NCBI GenBank assembly: GCA_964234715.1
Contig: OZ174283.1
Reading direction: 5' to 3' (one strand)
Length of the DNA stretch: 64,000 nt
DNA from: Podarcis melisellensis
Taxonomy: Eukaryota
Shown here: in pieces, positions 27,401 through 39,400 of the stretch
Position numbering within the stretch: position 1 is the stretch's first letter
Layout of the letters: each line of letters opens with the position of its first letter
The notes under the pieces: model-generated
Databases searched by the model: none
What the model saw: only the letters and a program-made list of their open reading frames with translations
What the model was told of the DNA's origin: nothing
Program-made: the position numbers and the translations under genes

Positions 27401-30400
27401 AATTTCCATTGCTGCATAGGCTGGTGGAAGGTTTGTTCACTTTGAGAAAGGCTGAGTGTAAATGTGAGGCCAGGGTGATCAGCAGACATCACCATTGATG
27501 ACAAAGAAGTACCTGTCAAGGAAAGGGACACGTTGTTATAATGGAATGAATGTTGCCATCCAGCACACAGTGGCACACAAGGGCTTCTTATGATCTCTGA
27601 AAAGAAATATTTCACTTCTCTTTGATCACAAAAAGCAAAACAAAATCTCCACCCAAAAAAAATAAGGAGAATTTAAGATTCATTGCATACCTAAGGTAGA
27701 AAGCAAAAAGCTAATCTTACCTGGGTGGGACATCACAAATTGCCCTCTGAATCGAATCTCAGTCCTGAAGTAGACAACAAGCCGCCCTTCATCATTGATC
27801 TGCATGCTGGTTGGGTAGAGGGAGCCTAAATTCAAACAACCATTGTCATTACTATATACAAAAAGGTATTAAAGCTTTGCCACTTCTAGCATTTGAGAAT
27901 ATCAGGTGCTACGTACATCCCAGTTTACTGTGATTTTCAGATTGTTTGATTTCAGTGGAATAACTCTATTTGCAAACATGGGGTACCAATCTCCTCTGGG
28001 CAAAATTTTCATGTTTCCCCGCCAAAACAATATGCTGGTACAATTTTGGAGGAGCACACAGAGAGTGTTGAAGGTGATGAATAAATTATTTGTAATAATA
28101 ATAAAAAGTAAAATGTACTCAACATTGTAAACCCAGGGTCAGGGGCTGCCATTATTGGTCATTGTGAGCCATTCTGGAAACCCTATTTCAGCTGAAAAGT
28201 AGATAAAAATGCTTCAATTAAATAAGAACTGAACAAAATCACCTTGGAGCTCAGCTTCTGGTGGGCTTCCTATGCCGTCCTTCCAAAGAATGGCAGTATC
28301 ATACACAAAGGTGAGCTTGAGCTCAGACTGCAAGTCAAAGTGCTGCCAGCCTCCAACAGCAGCCGGGGAATGGAAGACGTAGGAGACATACAGGGGCACT
28401 CGCAGAGTCACATATGACTGGACCAGATTTAACACCTGCAAAACACCATAGTATTTGGTTATGCTATGTTCAGATTGCATCCTGAGAAGTCAATTTCACA
28501 ACCATTCTGGGAATGGTATTAAGTCTCATCCTCATTCCGTCCTGAGTTGCTGAGTTTGACAGATGTTGAGTGTGTACATGTTGGCTCCTGAACAAACTTC
28601 ACTGGCTTTGATTAGAAATCCACTTTGATGATTTATGAATGAATTGCAGCTTGTGTTGAAGTGTGAGAGAATGAAGCACGGATCAAATCCAAGCCGGCAG
28701 GCAGACAGGCAAACACTCTTGCTGGCTTCTGAGATGCAACCCTGGCAAAGAACACAAACACCCTGGAATTGACTTGACAGTCATCCCAAAGTGTAATCTG
28801 GAGTTACAGCTAAGTCCCTATTATAGGATTAAGTTGATACTAACAGTCTCACAATCGTTTGTGACCTCCAGTGCATTCCGGTCCAACTTTCTGGAAGTGA
28901 ATGGGTAATGATTAAGCTCTTGTTCAGTGAAATGGTCATTTAAAGAAACAACAATGCAGATAGTTTGGGGAAGTTAAAACTGAAGCTTGCTTCCCATTTC
29001 CCCTTTACTTAACTTTCAGCACTGATAACAAATCACATGGCAGTTAAGAAATGGGCCAGTCAAAAGTCCAGACATTAATAAACACATGCTATGACTTGCT
29101 CAGAATCCAAACAATAAGAAACACTCAAAAATGAAAGCAGTTCCTCGGCCTTTGATCAAAATTAAAATGCAACTCAAATCTTTACTGACTTGCCCTATCG
29201 ATTATGCTGGATTCCCAACTTCTATCACACCATGGGAGTTGGAGTCCAATAACATCTGGGCAGCCACAGATTTCCCAACCTTGATATGGCAAGTAAATGA
29301 TCCTAATTTTATTTCAATTATCATCAACAAAAAATTCAAGATGCTCTTGTCTAGCCCATTATGCCATGTATATATATACATGTTTACTGCATGCACAATG
29401 GTGTTAAGAGTGGTGACTCCTGACAGGTGGAAGACATCTTTAAGCCTCCATGGACCAACAGGCCAGGGTTCCCACCTGCATGACTGTTTCAACCAAGTTT
29501 TACTCAGAGTAAACCTAACTGAGCCAGGTCCATTCATTTCAAAAGGTGCACTCTGAGTAAAATTTAGTTGAAACAATACTACTGCTGCTGCTTTTAATGA
29601 CTGAACAGTTATTTTCTTTTATTGTTATGTTTTTCTTCTTGTTGTGCTATGACTACTATAAATAAAATAATGAATGAATAAATAATGTTAACCCATTCAC
29701 TACAATGTCATATTTCATCTTCCTTGAACTTGCAAGATAAAATCCCATGTTGCAGTGATACACTTACTGCAAATGAGTTTGCTGTCAACACAGGCATCTT
29801 TTACTTGTGTGTAAGCAGCACATAAGAGACGCGGGTGGCGCTGTGGGTTAAACCACAGAGCCTAGGACCTACCGATAGGAAGGTCGGCGATTCGAATCCC
29901 CGTGACAGAGTGAGCTCCCGTTGCTCGGTCCCTGCACCTGCCAACCTAGCAGTTCGAAAGCACGTACAAGTAGATAAATAGGTACCGCTCCGGTGGGAAG
30001 GTAAACGGCGTTTCCGTGTGCTGCTCTGGTTTGCCAGAAGCAGCTTAGTCATGCTGGCCACATGACCTGGAAGTTGTACGCCGGCTCCCTCGGCCAATAA
30101 AGTGAGATGAGCACCGCAACCCCAGAGTCGGCCACGACTGGACCTAATGGTCAGGGGTCCTTTTACCCTTTACCATTTAAGCAGCACATAAATGGAAATC
30201 TTTGCTTCTCTCTCTGAAAGTGGCTCCACATGTATTTCATGGCAAAGGGGCTTTTGAAATCCAAGGGACAAGGGCTTATCATGTGGTGAAAAGGTTTATG
30301 TCCTTCACACAAAAATCCAATGTACACATGCAACATCTAGTGCCACACAGTTTAAAAGATGATCATGTATGCTCACTAACGAGCATCATGTTATGGTCCT

Positions 30401-33400
30401 ACTGATTAACTTAATGGCATATGAAATAGAACGTGCCTGCCTCTGAGTCTGGGAATCCTTTGTGAAAGTCCAAGCCTTGTTGCTAGGCAGCTTCAAGCTA
30501 CAAGATGCTAAACCCTTGTGTGTGTTCTCTAGAGGTGCTGCTAGATAGAGGCAGGAGGCTGAGTTAATGAGCAGAGTCCAGATGGGGGCGGCTGGGCAGA
30601 GGTGACTAACAGGGGAGCATATGCATTTGGAAACAACCAACAGCTGAACTACATACAGAACTATTTTGCTACAACTGTCATGAATTTTAAAGAAGGGGCA
30701 GGGAAACCACTAGAAACCTTTGTGTGTGGTATGAGCCAACATGACTGCACAAGCGAGTTTTTGACACTCTTCATTTTGCTTTCCTTACAGTTTTACAATA
30801 ATAGTTGGTTTCAATACAAGATGCTGAGTTACCCGTCAGCTTTTACTAATCAAGGGAATGTTGTAAAGATTTAAGTTGGGAATGAGTCAGATTAAAGATA
30901 GATGAGATCAATCATTCATTGGTTTTCACATGTGGGCTCTCTAGAAGACTGTCTGTATTAGTGCAAATCAGTATATCATTCCCTTGTCAGGAGCACACTG
31001 TGTGCCAGACCTCACTCTTGCCTGCCCAGCAAGTGACTGCAATGTCCATGTCACTGCAGTGCTGTGTATGCAGTGAGCTCCCATGCCACATCCATCTTGG
31101 TTACTGAGGTGAGCAGTGTTCGTCATAAATCAAATAGTGTTTCGAATGAGGTCATGCATAGTATTTGACAGTCACTGCACATGACTGCCATGCTGTTTGT
31201 GGCAATTTCTTGGAGCCCAGCAAATGGGAATGTTAGACTTGTGTGGAAGAAGCAAAACCTACACTGGGCCACTATTCCTGTAAAGGAGGTCTGTGATAAT
31301 TGGCAAATCAGGGAGGGGCCGTAGCTCAATGGCCATGCACATTATCTGCATGCAAAAATCCCAGAAAGCTCCAACTTCCACCCTCTGCCCCCAGTAAATA
31401 AATCCTGGACCCGTCTCTGTCTCCAGATTTCAAATATTTTAGCTAGAAGGGTTGGAAAAGATCTCCATATGATGCACCAGAATGCTGCAGCTAGTTAGAG
31501 ATGGATGGGTCAATGATGAACTCAATATAAGTTAGCTTCATGTGTTCATGGCAGGCTCTGCTCTGGATAAATGAGAACGAAACCTGTTTGGCGTAAGAAA
31601 GCACAGCTGGCACAGGTGCAAGCTAAAAAAACAAAACCAGATGCAGCTACCACAAGCAGGTAGCTGTTTCTACCAGTTTTCAGCCAGGCTGTCATGTTGT
31701 ACCTAATCTGAAGGTACCGTAACAAGTGTGCCTGTATAACCAGGATCAGAGTTAAGTGCTAAAGGCAATTCAGATTTAGCAAGCTCTGTATTGACCTGGG
31801 TGGGTTCCAGCAATCACACTGACTTGTGGCTAACAGTAGAGAGTGGTTTAATAGGACAGATAAACAAGGAAGCTTGCAGCCACCAACGGAGTGGCATAGA
31901 AGTAAAAGGTTCAAAATGTAACATCTTAGGCTTCTGTGTTTGCCAGGGAAGAGCAGGCCAGAGTAGCAGCAGGGGCTGCTGGGAATTACAGACACAAGAC
32001 TCCATAATCTCATTATAATGCAAATTAAAACAAAATTACTCCATTAGTCTCTGTAAAGTTACACTAAGAAGAGTGAATCCCGAACAGAATGAAATAAAGG
32101 AAATTGGAGGGAATAGAAAGCCCCTCACTTTTACCAAATGTTTCTAAATATTAATGATGGTTTAAAAGGATTTGCTCCCAAAGTTCCTTTGAAATCTTGG
32201 TGTGGATCATTATGAGCTTGGCACCAGCCTCCACTTTCATCCAAACTTACCTGGCAGTGGAGACGCCAAACACCAGCACCAGGGAGCTTCATTATACCTG
32301 ACATAGCTGTGCTCCAGAAACCAGATTCCTTGGGAAATGTAGTTCCTTAGGGCACCTGAGTCTTAGGAACACTAAGTAAAGTATTTTTTCAAGAAGCTTT
32401 GATTTTCAATCTTGTGCAGCCCCATCCCCCTGACTATTTCAGTGTGCCACAGAGATGTCTTAAGAAACCGTCAATGACGACATTTTGCCAAGCAAATTAA
32501 TTTCCGATGGTAGAGTCACTATTTGGTGTTTAAACTCAACCTGTTCTAAGATATGGACCATTAATAACAACACGGGTAGTACTGGAAATGCATCAAGTAT
32601 CGCACAGAAAAGCAAAACACAAGAAAGGAAACTAAATCCTACTTCCACAAACCCGTTAAGTACAGTTATGGAGCAGATGCCAAGATACCCTTCAGCTGCC
32701 ATATAAAACTCAATTATCGCCCCATGGCTTCCATAGAGACGGGCTCAGTGGCAGAGCCCGCCCATTTAAATGAGTCAGGCAGTGAGGGATGTAAAGGACC
32801 TCACCCACAAGAGCCACCACCATTCGGAGTAGATAAATGGACAAATAAGGCTAGATAGGTGAATAGTTTGTCTTTGTATAAAGGCAGCTTCGCAAGTTCC
32901 CATGCCGGAAACTCAAGTGCATGCAACTGGGCATAATGCTAGCATTTTCTTTTCAGTTACATAGGCTTGCTTTTCATGCACGCAGCATACCTGACCATCT
33001 GTGCCAATGGAGCCACTGCAGTCGGTCAGCAGTTCTGACATGTGATAGTAGCTGTTAAACTCCCACAGGCAGGCCTCCAGATTGAGGTTACGGTAGAAAC
33101 GCAAGGTCTTGGCAGATCGCACAGCGCTGCTGTACTGGTAGGGTGAAGTTTCTCCAATCACTTCTGGGTTCTTGGTCTCCTCTGTGATGAATCCGTAAGT
33201 TGTCTCAATTTCGTTATAATCCAAGAGGTTTGAGCACTTGTGATTTCCTACACGAGTGCCATCAGGGCTAAGAGTCAGCTCAAAATTGGACAAAGGTCTA
33301 GTTGATATAACTGGCAGCATCCCTGAAAATAGGAGGACATGTAAGAAAAGCCATATAAAGCAACCTGTTTTGCACAGTGGGCAACCATGAGAATTCCACA

Positions 33401-36400
33401 GTTCTTCCCTAACAACTGGTACATTCAGGGGCAGGATAGCATCACAACTAGCACCAATGGTAGCCTTATCTCCATGATTTTTAAACCCATTTAAGTTGGT
33501 GGTCACCATCCCATATTGAGAGGGTGAATCCAAGTGTTTAACCATGAATCACCAGTCATGTGATTGTGATGACAGATAGTGCTGCACCAGTTGTTGTTCA
33601 GTATTAATCAAATGCACGTGTCTGCTACTTACCATCCATATGAGGCATTGTAACTGTTAATTTGATCAGGTTGGAATAGTCAGGATCATCAGGACCTGTG
33701 TAACGTATTCTGGCTGAGAAAGGTTCTGCTCCGACCGTCCCTGGTATACGGGGCTGACACAATCCTACGTGGAAAAGGGCAAAAGGTTGATTAAAAACAA
33801 AGTGAGAGCAATTCAGCTTTGCCTTTCCTTGGAAGAACCAAATTTTAAAATGCTGATACTTTAAAAACTCATGGAATCTTATGGTTGACATAATATACTC
33901 TTGATCTGATTGTGAAGCCAACACTACTGAGCACAGCCCCAGTTTACTTGAGTAGCAGCAGGGCCACTTTTTCTTCCATGCAGCACCACCCCCAATTCAA
34001 GAGGACAGGAACCAGTGTGGGATGAAGCTTTCCTCTACCTCCACGGGAAAGACAGAAGCTATACTATGCATCACAGATGGCGCCATCTTGGTCTCTCATT
34101 CACAGGAACTGCTGTACGGACTGATATTGCCCTTTTATTTCACTTCCTGATGATGAAACTAAGTTATATTGGGCCTGTGCCTGCCTGTGGGATCATACCC
34201 ACAGGTATGATCCATATACTCATCCATATATGATTAAACATCCAGTTCCAGCAGGTTGCAGAGCAGACATGTGAGAGCAGAGCTCTTTGCTTTGATTATG
34301 GAACTTGCCTACTTTACAGTTTCAGCTGCAAGATGTAAGGAAACTCTTGGTGGAAGTGCAAAATATGATAACAGGACAAAATACGTGATGGGCTACAACC
34401 AAGGTTTGCCTTCTGGTTTACAGCTTGTAGTTCAGCAGGGGAAATGAAACATGAGCCAGGGGTTGGATGACATGCTCAGTCAAACCATGGCTTGGCTCAG
34501 CACATCGGCAAAACGGCCATAACATCCCTGTGTGCAAAGTCACTGATTTCCATAGCCTTTCCACCCATTTCATTAAGGTGAAAGCGCTACAAGAAGCAGA
34601 CATATACTATACAACTTTGCAGAGGATGAGAACCTCAGGACTGGATCTGAATGTGGCCCTCCAAGCTTTTCTATCTGGCCCCCAAACTTTCCCCAGGATA
34701 GACCCCCCTCCCCAACCACATCTCCTACATCCCGTGCTTCACATCCGCTGTGTGTGTCCTTGAACTATAAAAAAGCCCTTTGAAACAAACATCTATTTCA
34801 GCTTCACAAAAACCTCTTGATTTTACTTCATTCATGAAGACTTTCTGCTTCCTTACCTTCTCCTCTGTTTATTGTGTAAATTGGGCTCAGTAATTCTAAA
34901 CCCACATCTCCATTGGCATTGACAGCACGTGCTGCACACTGGACCCTCGAACCAGCCTGGAAATATATGGAGTCCAAGGCAATGGACTTGGTGTTGGTGA
35001 AGAAAGTGTTGGAGTCCACTTCTCGCATGGGACTGGTAACCCCATCACTGCCACTTGGAGCGCTGACAAGCCAGCGATACAAAGTCAGCGTGTCATTGAT
35101 GTTTTCAGCAGCACAAATAGATCCAGTCTTGTCATAATCTGAATATTTGGGGTTGCATGCCTGAAGTTAAATAGAAACATACAATGAATCCATTGAGTTA
35201 TATCTAAACATGCTCCAGGAAAGTAAATAATTCAGATCAAATTCTAAGTAAAATGTATTTTTCCTCATGTTGCATTAGTATTTAAGAAGTTCATTTTTTT
35301 TCTTGCTACTGGTTTCATCACCATAGATGCTGCATTTTAGTTTCATAATAATTGAGAAATTGAATCTTAATGTATGTGGCATATAAAATTAACAATCTGA
35401 TACTGTGGAAAGCCTTCAATTTATCACAGCTCAGATGCCTCCCAGGTGCTTGGAAGGAAAAGAAACCTGTGTCATATAATATATGTAAATGATACCATGC
35501 ATTGGCTAAAGTCAGAAAAAAGGCAGGAACTGAAGTTCATTTCTTCTTGTGCTTTCATCCAATTGTGAGCCAGAGCTTGAAAATTTAATAAGTTTAAACT
35601 GGCCTCAGTTTCCCAAAACAGAAAAGTAAGAACCTGGATAGGATACAACCTCCATGGACGGCTCATTGAGTGGTATTGAGCATCTTACTATCTCTTTACA
35701 TCAGTTTTCTATCTGTGAAATGGGAGTAAAAGTGACTCATCTCACGGGCATGCAAAATGAAGATCACAATATGCTCTGAAAACTGAAACTGCTATAAAAT
35801 GCCAAATATCAGTTCTCGAGAAATGAGGTGTGTAATTCTAAGTACTGAAATTGAATGCATGCCTTAAGCCTCTAGGAGAGCTAAGGAGATCATAGAATCA
35901 CATAGAACTGTAGAGTTGGAAGGGAACCCAAGTGTCATCTAGTCCAACCCCCTACAATGCAGGAATCTCAACTGAAGCATCCATGACAGATGGCCATCCA
36001 ACCTCTGCCTAAAAACCTCCAAGGAAGGAGAGGCCACCACCTCCCAAGGGGATCCATGCCACTGTTTTACACATCCAGAAAGTGTTCACTTCCTAGCTAG
36101 TAGCAGACCTTTAGAAAATATAATCTGGAGAAGAGCTGGCAGAGCAGAGCGTACCGTTACACACACAACAGGGTAGCCAGTTGGAGGCTGGGGGTTTCCT
36201 TTGCTTTTAGCAGTGTCGTCATACAGCAAGAGAGAGACAACCTGGGGCACAGCTGGGAAAGTCACATCTGCCACACTGTCCATTTCTTCAATGTACACAA
36301 TAGCTTTGTTCATCTGAAAGGAAAGGCAGAAAAGAAGGTTCCATCTGCAGGCATGCTGCTTCTACTGTAAACTTTTATACTGCAACCTTTGCAAGATGGA

Positions 36401-39400
36401 GCAGAAAGGTTCCTTTCCACTGGAGTAAGGAAACATTTGGATCCACACTATGTCTGTTATAAGGTATCTTTTTTAAAAAAATGCACTAAGCTAACTCAAT
36501 TTCCAAAACTTTTAATAAAAGCAAACAAACAACCAGATGACATCAGATGGCTGTTTGTATGTGAAATAAGTTCTGCCACAAAACAGATAATGTTTGAGCA
36601 CAGATTAGGCACATAATAAAAATAGGTATTTTTCATTGAGGGTCCAACTAGGTACGATTAGATTGTATTTGAACACATTTCTCAAATAGCACCTAGGGGG
36701 AAGGATTTCAAATTAAGTAAAAGGGAGAAGGATGAAACTTCCTTCAGTGTCACAGTTCTGTTTAGATTTGAGGTCCTGCGTATCTGATACCAAAGGTGTT
36801 TTTTTTAAAAAAAAAAAGCAGGAGACCTGATCCTAGGCTTCCAGTCTAGTTTGGTCCTCAAAATTGGCATCTAAGGAAGTAAAAAAACAGCGACACTTTT
36901 ATTTGTTGCTGTTTCTGAATCATCATGATCAAAGGCAATTGTGTCCACAACTAACCAAAAATAACCTAGTTCTTACCTGTGTCTCAGCTACCATATTCTC
37001 ATCTGGTTTCAGGTGCACTGTGAATGCTTCACGCATTTCTCTCACTCCATCATACAAAACTTCAACCTCAACAAAGTGTTCTGTTTCTCCTTCTTTGAAT
37101 TCAATATCTGAAATGAAGATATATTATAGAAAGAAGTAAACTTTCCCTCTCCAGTCATCAGCACAGTTAGGCTAGGTTCCAAAAGGCAACAGTCTTGGCT
37201 CCTCACAAGCCGTGTCAAACTCATGTTGGGCAGCTGGCTGGCAGAAAACCAACTGCTAAAAACCAAGCAAAATATCTAGGACTAGTACGAATAGTCTAGG
37301 GGTGCTCATTGTTGTCAGTGGAGGTTAACAGCGGCTGAAGGCACCCTTTCTCAGTTTTGGCTGTTGTGCCAGATTCTGGACAGGGATCCGATGACCAGAG
37401 GGATCCATGCACTGGTAACCTAAGGATTGGACTGTTGTAATACACACTGTGTAGGGCTGCCCTTAAGGTTGGTCTGGAAGCTTTAGCTCATGGGTAGGCA
37501 AACTAAGGCCCAATCGCCTTCTAAATCCGGCCTGCGGACGGTCCGGGAATCAGTGTGTTTTTACATGAGTAGAATGTGTGCTTTTATTTAAAATGCCTCT
37601 CTGGGTTATTTGTGGGGCATATGAATTCATTCATTCCCCCCCCCAAAAAAAATATAGTCTGCCCACAAGGTTTGAGGGACAGTGGACCGGCCCCCTGCTG
37701 AACAAGTTTGCTGACCCCTGCTTTAGCTTGTGTAAAATGCAGCAGTTGGGTTGCTAACAGGAGCAGCCTACTTTGATTATGAAACATCTCTGCTAAATAA
37801 GCAGCACTAGATGCCAATTTGCTACTGAGTCAAGCTTAAGTGTCTGTTGCTGACTTTAAAAAACACTTAACAATCTGGTCAGTGGAGGAAATACCTGCAC
37901 CCATATAGGCCGCCCAGGCTACTGAAATTCTCAGGGCGATGCCCTCTTGGTTGTACCACAGCCTATGGAACTACCTCTGGTAGTGACCAACGGAAGAGAA
38001 GGCCTTAGCTGTTGTGCACTCAGCTGTATTTTAATTTGCATTCAACTGAGCTAATTTATAATGTGTTTTTACTGGTTTAAAATTATAATCTGCATGCATA
38101 TGAAAGGTGTGTGGGGGGGTGTGTGTGTAAATAAATAGCATTTACTGTAGTTTTTCTAAGATTCAGAGGAAAATCTCACCGTCAGACATTGGATTATAGT
38201 CTTCTCCAGAGGTAGCTGAACCATCTTTAGTATGGATTCTCACAATGGAAACTTTGGAACTGTCCCCCACACGCAAGACTGGAATCTTTACAACTGCAAT
38301 CTCCCCAGGCTCTTGAGGTTCTTGAATGCTGTATTTGATTTCGGAGAACTTAATCACTGGTTCTGCAAGAAAACTGAAAAACATCACTCTCTCCTATTTA
38401 ATAATGTTATTTATACATAGGCAGAATTGTCTGAAGGACACATGCAGGATTGTATCCTTAGTGCGTATAGGGTGTCTCTGGAGATGAACAACAAAAAATG
38501 TGCACACAAAGCCATCAAACAACACCAGAAAAAAAATGAAAAGCAATGAGCTGTCTGTCAGGACAGCAGCAAAGAACACAGAAATAAAATTAATTCACCT
38601 ATGCATCCTGCACCCACTTTTCATTTTCTTGTTTTGTCTTCTTTCAGCTATTGAATTAAGCTTTCTTTACATTTTAAAATCTCCAATATTCACTTGGGGG
38701 AGTGTATGGGTATGGTTTTTTAGTAACATGATATTTTTTCAACAAGAATTGATTGTACTACTGGGAACAATGCTATTTTTACGCAAGCAATTAAAAAACA
38801 ACTGTGCTTGAATGCAGGGCATATGAGAAAATAAACGAATGCTTTGTTCCATTTAATCCCACACCTTTGATCTGACAATATGTAATGAGTACAAAGTGGC
38901 TGATAAACTCACTGTCTTCTTCATCTTTAATCTTCACCAAAGTTTCTTTTTGTTCCCCAACGGAGGCACCAAATGTTGAAGTGCTTTTAGGTGTTCCAAG
39001 CACCAGTCTGAACTCTTCCTCCTCTTCATAGATGGCATCATCTTCAAGGACCACCACACACGGCTTCTCAATCTCTCCTGCAGGAGGCAAAACACCAGAT
39101 TAGTTGACATAAATATTTTGGGTAGCACCTACAATCTAACTCCAATTTCCAAATTAAATATATGCTGGGTTGTCTCCAATGTTGTGCAAGAAAAAGTCAG
39201 CTCACGCCATAGAACATTATCTTCCCCTCCTCTGATGCTGGTGTGTGTGTGCATGTGTGAATACTGAACATTAAGGACTACAGTAGAGGGGGAATTGCCC
39301 AGAATATAATTCACTGGCTTCACATTGAGGGCTCCCTTTGAAGCCCCTTTGAACCTTAAAAAAATGATTTAATATTTGTATGTTAATTTCCCAACAACAA

